Counted from the stretch's first letter, positions 1 through 8,298 are shown. The stretch: DNA of 32,000 nucleotides from Candidatus Thorarchaeota archaeon (GCA_008080745.1 SHMX01000003.1:360001-392000); one strand, 5' to 3'. Numbers and translations: made by a program. The notes: generated from the letters alone by a model not told the origin.

Positions 1-835
1 CTGTTGTCATGCCAATGAGAATTAGAGCAGGAATATAGAAGGCTGCCAATCTACCCTCCTTTGCAACCAGTTTTTCATATGTTTTGCTAACATCTTCAAA
101 TCTCTTTTTCTCCACATCTTCAGCACCAAAGGCTCGTACAACTTCAATCCCACGAAACACTCCCTGTGAAACTGATGTTAGTTCCTCCATCTGTTCTGAT
201 TTCTCTCTTCTTACTGGCTCGATTGTATTTGCATAACGGTATGCAAAGTATAGATATATCGGAGACCCGAGAAGCATGGTTAAGCTGAATACATGAAGTG
301 GAAAGCCCAATATGGTGAAGGGAGGATTGACAATGATGGTGAAATCAATCTGAATCAGAAGAATGCTTGTTATCCCGAATGAAGCAAGAGCAAAGACAAG
401 ATTTCGTAGGGCCGGATTTAGAGAGAAACGGACCCAATTTATATCCTGCATAGCTACAGAGAGTAATTTCTTACTATCTATCTCATCATGGAAAGCCATG
501 CTATTATCTTGAAGGATTTCAAAGAACTCCTGACGAGCATCTCGTTCCCATCTTAGGGTTACTACAGCCCAAGAGTAACCGACTATGAAGTACATTACTA
601 GGTAAGTAACACCGATTACAAATATGGTTAGGATAATAGTATTGAATTCTTCGCCCAAACCAACTGTATCTAAAACATCAATTGCTTCACCCAATAGAAC
701 GTTGGGAAACAGAACTAGAACTGAAGAAATCACTGTGAGAACAAGAGCTCCAAATATTACACCTGGCGACTTTGCCAGGCCAGAAAACATATAGTTAGAT
801 GCACTTTTGTATTTTTTACGACGTTTATCTGCCAC
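1..835 (-). CDS. ABC exporter (MdlB/MsbA-like), N-terminal transmembrane domain; 3' end truncated by the window start
   Basis: Not in the ORF track; translated by hand. GTG at 835 directly follows the PadR TAA, with GGAGG 8 nt upstream. Open to base 1: MADKRRKKYKS...LLGEAIDVL...RQEFFEILQDNSMAFHDEIDSKKLLSVAMQDINWVR...GIEVVRAFGAEDVEKKRF. The 'F..l...s..FhD' and 'Gi.vv+aF..E..e..rF' motifs are typical of ABC_membrane domains. Confidence 0.9.
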   Translation of the reverse strand, partial: MADKRRKKYKSASNYMFSGLAKSPGVIFGALVLTVISSVLVLFPNVLLGEAIDVLDTVGLGEEFNTIILTIFVIGVTYLVMYFIVGYSWAVVTLRWERDARQEFFEILQDNSMAFHDEIDSKKLLSVAMQDINWVRFSLNPALRNLVFALASFGITSILLIQIDFTIIVNPPFTILGFPLHVFSLTMLLGSPIYLYFAYRYANTIEPVRREKSEQMEELTSVSQGVFRGIEVVRAFGAEDVEKKRFEDVSKTYEKLVAKEGRLAAFYIPALILIGMTT

Positions 836-1366
836 TTAGTATTCCTCCATTCTCTCCTTTATTTTTTCGATCTTATCAGATAACAAATCCAACTGTTTAC
901 GAAGGAACTTGAGTTTAGGTTCGTCTAACTCGGAGATTTCTTCAAGTAGGATATCCAACCCAAAATGCATTGCTTGCAGATGTAGATCTATTCTATCATT
1001 CACATCAATGAGTATATTCCAGATAACTCGACCAATTCGTACACGATGGTCGACATCAACCTTCTGTTCAAGCATTGTCCGCAACTTGTCAGCCCCAAGC
1101 TCCGAGGTCTTGTAGATTCGGCTTCGTCCCTCTGTTCTCACCTCGTGTATCAGACCGTCCTCTTCCATTGAGGAGAGGAGGGGGTAGATTGACCCGGGAC
1201 TTGGAGTCCATTTTCCATCGCTATGCGCACTTAAGGTCTGCATTACATCCGCACCAGACATCTCATCATCCATCATCATTCGTAGAATGGCAAAACGAAG
1301 AAGACCTCTAGGTACTGATTGAGGCATTCGAATGTGATCACAGTCATGCTCTGAGTGGGGGTTCAT
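836..1366 (-). CDS. PadR-family transcriptional regulator
   Basis: LRFAILRMM...MSGADVMQTL...WTPSPGSIYPLLSSMEEDGLI...RIYKTSELG matches the PadR winged helix, followed by a C-terminal helical dimerisation region. Translationally coupled to the ABC exporter. Confidence 0.93.
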   Translation of the reverse strand: MNPHSEHDCDHIRMPQSVPRGLLRFAILRMMMDDEMSGADVMQTLSAHSDGKWTPSPGSIYPLLSSMEEDGLIHEVRTEGRSRIYKTSELGADKLRTMLEQKVDVDHRVRIGRVIWNILIDVNDRIDLHLQAMHFGLDILLEEISELDEPKLKFLRKQLDLLSDKIEKIKERMEEY

Positions 1367-1384
1367 TCTTCGCTACATCCGTAA

Positions 1385-1424
1385 TATCGTATCCGATTAT
1401 CGGATGTGATTATCGAATGCGATA
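1385..1424. promoter_or_regulatory. Three tandem 13-bp pseudo-palindromic sites (TATCG-N4-YGAT), candidate PadR operator array
   Basis: tatcgtatccgat (1385-1397), tatcggatgtgat (1398-1410), tatcgaatgcgat(a) (1411-1424). Contains the perfect palindrome atccgat-t-atcggat (1391-1405). Abuts a TATA-like element (tataaa, 1423-1428) between the divergent padR and DUF2070 genes. Confidence 0.65.
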
Positions 1425-1512
1425 TAAAGATATGGATTTCTGCCATTTCTGTCAGGTGGGAAGTTTGATAAGAGAAAGGCTAATGAGAGTAACAGATTGC
1501 GGAGGAAAGAAG

Positions 1513-3357
1513 ATGGCGGAGAAGGCAAAGGTCAAGGAAACCGTTGGCCTATATTCAAAAATCTGGCAATTGCCCTCATTCAAGGGAATTGCGGGTCTGC
1601 TGATTGTGAGCGTCTTAGTGTTGGCATTAGGTCTCGGTACTCTGAAAGCACTAAGCTATCCTACCACGGAACTCTCAGAGATTTATCTGATATATCTGGC
1701 CCTTTTTGCAATTCCAATCTTTTTAGGTACCGCAATGCTTTATCTTCTCGTACGAAAGGAGGGCTCACCTCTAGATCTCAGGAGAACTCTAGGTGCTGTA
1801 CTCTTTGGTATTTTTGCATGGGTTGCTTTTGGAATAATTGGAGGATTGATTGATTTTGTTTTTAATTTGCAGTTTTATGAAGGGCGATTTCTCCTAATTG
1901 GTCTAGGCGTTGCTTATGCATTGTTTTCATTTCTGGTCATTGGAATGAGTGATTATCATCCTGTTAGAAATATTATAGCTGCTTTATTCCTTCCACTCCT
2001 CTGGTTTGGTATGATGATTTTTCTGAGTGGTTATAGCGGGATTGTTCCGGTACTCCCTCAAAATTGGGTAATTCTGGTCAGCATAATATTTGGCGCTTAT
2101 ACGGTTGCAGTCAATTATATCTATACAGCAGTAAGCAGACCCTTTGAAAGAGACCTCGGTATAAATGGTCCAGAACTACTTCGAGCATTTGGGTATGACT
2201 ATCTAGCAAATAATCCAGAACCATTTGAACAGCTCATTACAACCATCGCAAAGAAGGAAGACATTCCCATCGAGATAGCGGTCTTCAAAAGTGAGGAGAA
2301 ACTAATAGCAGTCGCAGTAGCACTCTATGTTCATCCTGGCCCTTTCAGAGATATTGGAAGTAGTTCAATTCCCTCGTATGTAAAAGATCATATCGAAGAG
2401 AAATATAATGTTCCTGCATTCATCATGCATGGAACTTGTACTCACCACCAAAATCTAACAACGAAGGATGATTTTGATAAAGTGGTAAGAGAGATAGATA
2501 GACTCATTGAGGAAACCCCCTCTTTCAAAACCATTGGTGGTCCGTTCTTTTCCAACTCGGGAAAATTCAAAGTCTGGTCTATCTTTGTTGGAAATGATGT
2601 ACTCAATATCACCACAAGTGCTCCGGAATTTACTGATGATATCGCTTTACAAGTGGGCCGAGATACAGCAGATATGATCAGGAGTCGAGTTCCGGATATT
2701 GATGGAGTTGTCATGATAGACGCCCATAACTGCATTGGAAATGATGCAGAATCAATTATGCCTGGCGATGATGAAGCTAGTGAATATGTAGGAACAGTAT
2801 CCAGTGCGGTCTTTGCTCAATCTGAGTTCCCACGAGAGAGGTTCCAAATTGGGCTAGCACAGGTTGGAGTGGAGGGTGTAGGACAGAAAGAAGGTATTGG
2901 ACCTGGAGGCATAACTGTCTTGGCAATTAAGACAGAGAGCAGACTTATCGCCCTAGTTAGCATAGATGGAAACAATATGCAGCCGGGTTATCGCGAAGAG
3001 ATCATCAAAGCTCTTATTGATCAGGGTTATACAGCCGCCGAGGTGCTAACAACAGATACACATGTTGTAAATGCTATTTCACTCTCAAGCAAAGGATATC
3101 CACCCGTTGGAAAATATGAACCATTAAAGATTAAGGAAACAATTGTAATAGCAGGTGAACAGGCAATGAAACAGATGGTTCCTGCTTCTATGGGGTTAGG
3201 ATTTGGAGAGGCAAACGGCCTGCGTACTTTTGGAGAAAAGGGGTTCGACACCCTTACCAAGGATATTGTTGAGGCTGCCAAGATTGCAAAAAGAACAGGG
3301 CTTGGAGTTACAGGTTCAGTCTTTCTTCTATCATTTCTACTGAGTTTCATGTTCTAG
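1513..3357 (+). CDS. DUF2070-family membrane protein (predicted membrane-associated metal hydrolase, neutral-ceramidase-like)
   Basis: N-terminal multi-TM region, then HPGPF..IGSS, HGTCTH, IDAHN, DGNNM, TTDTH motifs and a C-terminal TM. Start moved from 1417 to ATG 1513, which has GGAGG at 1501-1505. Confidence 0.82.
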   Translation: MAEKAKVKETVGLYSKIWQLPSFKGIAGLLIVSVLVLALGLGTLKALSYPTTELSEIYLIYLALFAIPIFLGTAMLYLLVRKEGSPLDLRRTLGAVLFGIFAWVAFGIIGGLIDFVFNLQFYEGRFLLIGLGVAYALFSFLVIGMSDYHPVRNIIAALFLPLLWFGMMIFLSGYSGIVPVLPQNWVILVSIIFGAYTVAVNYIYTAVSRPFERDLGINGPELLRAFGYDYLANNPEPFEQLITTIAKKEDIPIEIAVFKSEEKLIAVAVALYVHPGPFRDIGSSSIPSYVKDHIEEKYNVPAFIMHGTCTHHQNLTTKDDFDKVVREIDRLIEETPSFKTIGGPFFSNSGKFKVWSIFVGNDVLNITTSAPEFTDDIALQVGRDTADMIRSRVPDIDGVVMIDAHNCIGNDAESIMPGDDEASEYVGTVSSAVFAQSEFPRERFQIGLAQVGVEGVGQKEGIGPGGITVLAIKTESRLIALVSIDGNNMQPGYREEIIKALIDQGYTAAEVLTTDTHVVNAISLSSKGYPPVGKYEPLKIKETIVIAGEQAMKQMVPASMGLGFGEANGLRTFGEKGFDTLTKDIVEAAKIAKRTGLGVTGSVFLLSFLLSFMF

Positions 3358-3401
3358 TTGAATAGAAAAGAAATTATACGCCGGACGGGAATATTACAGA
3401 G

Positions 3402-3977
3402 ATGGTACCTATGACAGGAAAACGTATCCTAGTATGTCTGACAGGAGCCAGTGGAGCCATCTATGGAGTCAAGCTGATTCAGACACTTAGCCAACGAGGC
3501 CATGAAGTACAGCTCATTGTTAGTAAATGGGGCCATGAAACCTTGAGTCACGAAACTGGTCTCTCAGTTGAGGACTTGAAAAAGTATGCTGAAGTTGTTT
3601 ATGATGAAACTGATTTGACAGCGGGTCCTGCAAGTGGTAGCTATCATTTGGATGCAATGGCAATAGTTCCCTGTTCTATGAAAACATTAGCAGGGATTGC
3701 AAATGGATATGCTGACAATCTCGTGGGGCGAGCTGCAGATTGCGCACTAAAGGAGAGACGGCCTTTGGTAATTGTACCAAGAGAAACGCCTCTCAATCTC
3801 ATTCATATCAGAAACATGGAGAGGGTGACCGAGGCGGGAGCTATTCTCCTTCCTGCAAGTCCTGCTTTCTGGCATAAACCAGAAAACATAGATCAACTGG
3901 TTGACTCGATTGTAGACAGAATCATACCTCATCTTGGTCTTTCCAGAACTGAAATTGAATGGACAGGTGACATATGA
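3402..3977 (+). CDS. ubiX: Flavin prenyltransferase UbiX
   Basis: RILVCLTGASGAIYG, PCSMKTLAGIANGYADNLVGRAADCALKERRPLVIVPRETP and PASPAFWHKP are canonical UbiX/Pad1 motifs. The start could be 3411. Confidence 0.95.
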   Translation: MVPMTGKRILVCLTGASGAIYGVKLIQTLSQRGHEVQLIVSKWGHETLSHETGLSVEDLKKYAEVVYDETDLTAGPASGSYHLDAMAIVPCSMKTLAGIANGYADNLVGRAADCALKERRPLVIVPRETPLNLIHIRNMERVTEAGAILLPASPAFWHKPENIDQLVDSIVDRIIPHLGLSRTEIEWTGDI

Positions 3978-3978
3978 T

Positions 3979-6267
3979 CTATCTCAGATAGAGTGCGATT
4001 GTTAGAGAATGAGCACAGTATTTGCAACGGATAGGTTTTCGTTGACCCATCTCATGAATCTGATCCGATTCGAGAGGAGCACCACATCGTAAGCATATCC
4101 ATGAGTCCATAGTATCTGCTAATTCGTCAATTGTTGTTGGGAGCATAGCGATATCTTCACCCAATGCCTCAACTTTCACTGTGGCATGACGGCCATTCTC
4201 TGGACCCATTATCATGAAGACAACAGCAACCTGCTTACCAGTATACTTACCTTTTGCAAATCCGCGTATAGTACCAATGAATTGACCTCCAACTATTTTC
4301 TCCTCCATGTCAACCACATGGAAATTCTTGGTGGGAAGGAGCTTCTCGGCCTTGGTGAATAAAACCTGAGCATTCCAATCAAGGGTCTGTTCTTGTGATG
4401 TACACGTCAAATCCTGAAGGATGAGGTCGAATTCTTGTGTTGTAGCCTCTGATGGTTTTAGAAGGTCACACACAGAACGGATAAGATAGGGTTCTACTTG
4501 TAGAGTGTGTAGATGATCTCGGAAATCGATGTAGGAAACAGTTGCTACAATTTTTCCCTGAACACAATCCTTTGTGGGATAGAGGGTAAATTGAGGGCTT
4601 CTAAACCCGCCCACCTCAACCCGTGAGATTGTCTTACCGGACTCGCCAGCTAACTCCATGCAGTCTTGAGGATAAGCAACTAAGGACACGGTTACATTTG
4701 TGATGACATATCCCGTATCATTTATGATTTTCACTTTGTAATCGAATTTCCCACCGATGATTTCACAACCTCGTGCAATACGTACTTCATCTGATGCCTC
4801 ATCAGAGATGGATGGATCCTCTTCTATCACAGGATCGGATTCCATTTCTTCTACTTCAACAGGAGGTTTCTTTCTATCTGCTTGAATCTCTTCATAGGCA
4901 ACCTGCATTGCCTCAGCATGGTCGTGAGGGACATCTAACACAAACTTACCATGCAATGAGCAGAGTAAAACTACTCTAGATTCCTTCCCTTCTGGTTTAG
5001 CATAGACAAGGTCCAGAGGATCATGACATTCCGGACATTTGTAGAAATGTTTGTAGATGTCAACCAAGATGTTTTGATCTAATCCGGGTACAAAAAATCT
5101 TCGATCTCTATGACCACTTCGACACTCCACATCAAATTCGATTAATCCTCGTCTGTCTTCAACATCTCTGAGAAAGAGGGGTAATTTGCATCTACGACAG
5201 ATTAGGCTGCGAACAATCGAGGGAATCCGGTCAATAGCGGTAAGATGTTCCTGTAAGTATCCAAAAATATCAGTAGGCACCTTTCGATCCATGGTTCCAT
5301 GAATGGGACAGACTATCCGAAATTCTACATCGTTACGTTTCTTCCTTATATCCATTACATGAGTTAGTAATCCACATTCGTCACATGTCACGATAGATTT
5401 TGCGATTCTTTCCTTTACACTCTCAGACCAGCTAATCGGAACTACACGAGTTGTGGTATGACCATCATGTGGACAAATACACTTGAATTTCAAGCCATCC
5501 TTATGTTCCTCGATTTCACGAATGGACAGGGGACGTCTACAGTCTGATGAGTTAAGCATTGCTCGTACGACTGCATCCTCAGGAATCTCACTTACCGCCT
5601 CCCGAAGTATGCCTACTTTATCCAGTGGTATCTCCTTTCGGTCATTGCCGTGAACAGGACATGAAACATACACCCGGGCATCATTGCGTCGTTCTTCAAT
5701 CTCAACTATATGACCTGGTAGACTACATCGACTACAATGGGCAACCCGTTGAAGAATCTTCTTCAAAACTGATTCTTCAATAGAGCTCACCAGATAACGG
5801 CGGTCTTTGTGACCATTGGGACACCGTACATATACTTCAAGAATGCCATTTCGATTTTCAATATCACTTACTGCGTATACATGTCCGCATTCTGGACAAC
5901 GAAACGACTCGATGATAGCTCTATTGGGATTAACATCTGCACCTAATAGGCTGACCGCAGGAAGGAATGGCGTTGGAAACTCACGCTTTTGCGGTCCATG
6001 GATAGGACAGAGTAAAATGGAATGTACAGTTTCACCATCAACCTCAGTAGATATTTGAGCCATCTCCGAACCACATTCTAAACAATAGAACATCTTCGTG
6101 AACAGGTCCGCTGACATGTCCTGTGCTTGATGTTCAGCAAGTCTTCGAATGCCTTTATGACCATTGATACATTGAACTTCCATCGTCAGTATCTTGTCTT
6201 TTATCTCGGCACTTCTGATATAGAGAGGTTCATTGCATTTTCTACATGAGAACACGTTATCCACCAT
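3979..6267 (-). CDS. Multi zinc/iron-ribbon repeat protein with a C-terminal beta-sandwich + platform-like domain and terminal Zn ribbon
   Basis: Eight CxxC-x21-Cxx(G)H modules (aa 8-440), an acidic linker, a beta-rich domain (KVKIINDTGYVITNVTVSL...SPQFTLYPTKDCVQGKIVATVSY), an alpha/beta domain, and CLRCGAPL...CKYC at the end. Confidence 0.75.
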   Translation of the reverse strand: MVDNVFSCRKCNEPLYIRSAEIKDKILTMEVQCINGHKGIRRLAEHQAQDMSADLFTKMFYCLECGSEMAQISTEVDGETVHSILLCPIHGPQKREFPTPFLPAVSLLGADVNPNRAIIESFRCPECGHVYAVSDIENRNGILEVYVRCPNGHKDRRYLVSSIEESVLKKILQRVAHCSRCSLPGHIVEIEERRNDARVYVSCPVHGNDRKEIPLDKVGILREAVSEIPEDAVVRAMLNSSDCRRPLSIREIEEHKDGLKFKCICPHDGHTTTRVVPISWSESVKERIAKSIVTCDECGLLTHVMDIRKKRNDVEFRIVCPIHGTMDRKVPTDIFGYLQEHLTAIDRIPSIVRSLICRRCKLPLFLRDVEDRRGLIEFDVECRSGHRDRRFFVPGLDQNILVDIYKHFYKCPECHDPLDLVYAKPEGKESRVVLLCSLHGKFVLDVPHDHAEAMQVAYEEIQADRKKPPVEVEEMESDPVIEEDPSISDEASDEVRIARGCEIIGGKFDYKVKIINDTGYVITNVTVSLVAYPQDCMELAGESGKTISRVEVGGFRSPQFTLYPTKDCVQGKIVATVSYIDFRDHLHTLQVEPYLIRSVCDLLKPSEATTQEFDLILQDLTCTSQEQTLDWNAQVLFTKAEKLLPTKNFHVVDMEEKIVGGQFIGTIRGFAKGKYTGKQVAVVFMIMGPENGRHATVKVEALGEDIAMLPTTIDELADTMDSWICLRCGAPLESDQIHEMGQRKPIRCKYCAHSLTIALYLR
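4948..6246 (-). repeat. Eight coding tandem metal-binding modules, alternating A (CxxC-x21-CxxGH) and B (CxxC-x21-C[P/S]xHG)
   Basis: CRKC..CINGH, CLEC..CPIHG, CPEC..CPNGH, CSRC..CPVHG, SSDC..CPHDGH (degenerate), CDEC..CPIHG, CRRC..CRSGH, CPEC..CSLHG. The spacer counted by hand is 21 aa in all eight. Confidence 0.9.
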
Positions 6268-6269
6268 GA

Positions 6270-6287
6270 CTGAAGTATCAACTTCAG
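6270..6287. promoter_or_regulatory. 7-4-7 inverted repeat just upstream of the Zn-repeat gene start
   Basis: ctgaagt-atca-acttcag lies between an AT-rich TATA-like tract (about 6296-6303) and the ATG at 6267. Confidence 0.35.
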
Positions 6288-6335
6288 AATAGACTAAATA
6301 AAAATAGTATATGGACCTTTTTCAGAGAAACAAGA

Positions 6336-6357
6336 GGCTTGGTACATAGACCAAGCC
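6336..6357 (-). terminator. Hairpin downstream of the 179-aa gene, candidate terminator
   Basis: ggcttggt-acatag-accaagcc is a perfect 8-bp stem, followed on the minus strand by the pyrimidine-rich tcttgtttctct. Confidence 0.5.
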
Positions 6358-6373
6358 AATCATATCTTTGAGG

Positions 6374-6913
6374 TTATTCGGTTGTTTCGGTTTCTTCTGT
6401 TTTCTCTTCTTCAGTCCCAGTAGAAACTGATTCTTCAGCTTTCTCAGCTTGCTTCCTAACAATCTTCAAAGCACCCTCAAGGGGTACGTTGCCTTGTTGA
6501 ACAGCAATGGGAATAATGAAGAATAGAATCAGAGTCATACCCACTTTCTGGAAGGGATCTGTAAGAAGCCAAATGAATGGGAACAAGCTAAAGATCCATC
6601 CAACAATGTAAAGAAGTATACCGATTATTACTCCAGGCCAAGCTGTAGTTAAGGGTCTCTTAAAAGAAGTAGCAGTGACCGCATAAGCTGTAAGCATGAA
6701 TCCTCCAAGAACTACTAAGAAATCTATGAGGGGTATCCAAGGACCAATAATCCAGACTGCAACACCAACCAATATAATGTAGAAATTAGGGTCGCTAGTA
6801 AAGCTAGCTATTGCCTGGCCGAAATCTTCCTTATCAGGAGTCCTATCAAAATCCTCGGCAGCGGGCTTTTCCGCGCCTCTTGTAGGGTCTATATCACTCA
6901 ATATATTCACCAA
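6374..6913 (-). CDS. Hypothetical membrane protein (about 4 TM helices)
   Basis: Hydrophobic segments FYIILVGVAVWIIG, FLVVLGGFMLTAYAV, WPGVIIGILLYIVGWIF and GMTLILFFIIPIAV, with charged termini. A TATA-like tatataat at 6932-6939 suggests a leaderless transcript. Confidence 0.75.
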   Translation of the reverse strand: MVNILSDIDPTRGAEKPAAEDFDRTPDKEDFGQAIASFTSDPNFYIILVGVAVWIIGPWIPLIDFLVVLGGFMLTAYAVTATSFKRPLTTAWPGVIIGILLYIVGWIFSLFPFIWLLTDPFQKVGMTLILFFIIPIAVQQGNVPLEGALKIVRKQAEKAEESVSTGTEEEKTEETETTE

Positions 6914-6960
6914 TTAACCATAGTTGAGCCCTATATAATATATCTTCGGAATGGTACTTT

Positions 6961-8247
6961 TCATTTTGAAGTAGGCTCATCGATGCTCTCCAGAAACTGC
7001 TCAGCGACTTTTCTTAGCTTTGTTCTATAACCGCGAGTTGTATAGACTCTAATCGATTTGAGAACTCTGTAGAACGATCTAGCTACCTGACTAGTTTCAG
7101 GGAGTGAGAAGAACTCATACCCCCGCGATCCTCGTTCAAACAAGACCAAATCATCAAGAGGATGCATACCTGGATAGAACATTACAGAGAGACGATCGGG
7201 ATAATCAAGATAAACATTTGATGGGTCAAGGTCGGCTTCTTCAGCGATTTCGGTTTCAATTTTATAGAGCCCATCTGGTGTGGCAATTTTCTTCAAGAAA
7301 TCAGCATTAGTAACCGAACGTTGTGCAGCAAGCTTGATGAGGTTTCTCTTTCGATATTCGCGAAATATTTTACCTGCCTCCTGCATTTCTTCAGAGTCTT
7401 CAGGGCCAGCATGAAGCAGTACGTCATGAAATGATATGTCATCAAATCGGATGTATGCTTCTATATCATCAGTAGGAAAAGGAACAAGTTCCGTCCCAGC
7501 CAACTCAAGAATTCTAAGAAGCATCAAATCCGCCGCACGAACGGTTTTATGATAGTAGACAGCATCAAACATATTTGCTCCCGCAGAGAGATAAGATTCA
7601 AGGGTAAAGAGGGCCCCTCTGTTAATAGCTATCTTGTTTTTCGCGATTCGTGTTGAGGCAAATAGTCGCCTGTATTCCAGCTGTGCATACTCTACTCCTG
7701 CAAAATAGGCATCACGTTCCAATCTATCCACCAAAGTTGGATTGATGGGGTTTTCCAGCAAATTTACTCTGACACTCTTTAGAGGAACACCTTTTTCTAG
7801 AAAATCAATAACCTCAATCTTCGTTAGTGGAGATTTTTCAATAACATCACCTAACTCAGTCCCTTCTATTGCTAGTTTGAGCACTTTGGTCCTACTGATA
7901 CCCCTTATCGCCAGATATTCTTCCATGACATTTTCCCAAGCACCTCTACCCAGAATCAATAAGAGAGCAGTCAATCGACCAGCCTGTATCTCATTCACGT
8001 CACCACCAAGATAGTCCATGAACACATCTGTTACATGAATCACACCAACAACGTGTCCAAACAAGGAGGGATCAGCACCCGGAAAGACTAGGTGGATACA
8101 GGTCGGAGCTTTGATATTTCTCAGACGCTGTGCCATCCGAAGGTCCAGAATGTCTTTCTCAATATCCGAAATGGATACATAGCCATGAATGGGGTCTTTT
8201 ATCTCCAATGCTTTTTTGATGCTTGTCAATCTTTGGAACGCCTCCAA
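6961..8247 (-). CDS. SAMHD1/dNTP-triphosphohydrolase-like HD-superfamily protein with a degenerate catalytic site
   Basis: IKDPIHGY, QRLRNIK, VFPGA, ERDAYFAGV, VYYHKTVRAA and RNLIK anchor the family. The expected LLHDIGHGPFSH reads LLLILGRGAWEN. The start may be TTG 8229 (GGAGG at 8241-8245). Confidence 0.85.
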   Translation of the reverse strand: MEAFQRLTSIKKALEIKDPIHGYVSISDIEKDILDLRMAQRLRNIKAPTCIHLVFPGADPSLFGHVVGVIHVTDVFMDYLGGDVNEIQAGRLTALLLILGRGAWENVMEEYLAIRGISRTKVLKLAIEGTELGDVIEKSPLTKIEVIDFLEKGVPLKSVRVNLLENPINPTLVDRLERDAYFAGVEYAQLEYRRLFASTRIAKNKIAINRGALFTLESYLSAGANMFDAVYYHKTVRAADLMLLRILELAGTELVPFPTDDIEAYIRFDDISFHDVLLHAGPEDSEEMQEAGKIFREYRKRNLIKLAAQRSVTNADFLKKIATPDGLYKIETEIAEEADLDPSNVYLDYPDRLSVMFYPGMHPLDDLVLFERGSRGYEFFSLPETSQVARSFYRVLKSIRVYTTRGYRTKLRKVAEQFLESIDEPTSK

Positions 8248-8274
8248 GAGGGATTTCTATCTATGTAAGAGCCT

Positions 8275-8298
8275 CTTGAAATATGTAACTATTTCAAG
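8275..8298. promoter_or_regulatory. 9-6-9 inverted repeat in a divergent promoter region
   Basis: cttgaaata-tgtaac-tatttcaag, with a third half-site ttgaaata at 8305-8312. Confidence 0.5.

Noticed and set aside
1417-1512. N-terminal extension of the DUF2070 ORF
   Set aside because: It overlaps the operator/TATA region, and ATG 1513 has a clear GGAGG RBS.
3979-6267. Calling the CxxC..CPxHG protein a tetraether lipid synthase (Tes) or radical-SAM enzyme
   Set aside because: There is no CxxxCxxC motif or TIM-barrel region; only the small metal module is similar.
6961-8247. Annotating the HD-like gene as an active dGTPase, or as a pseudogene
   Set aside because: The metal ligands are missing, so active enzyme is unsupported; the ORF is full length without stops or frameshifts, so pseudogene is also unsupported.
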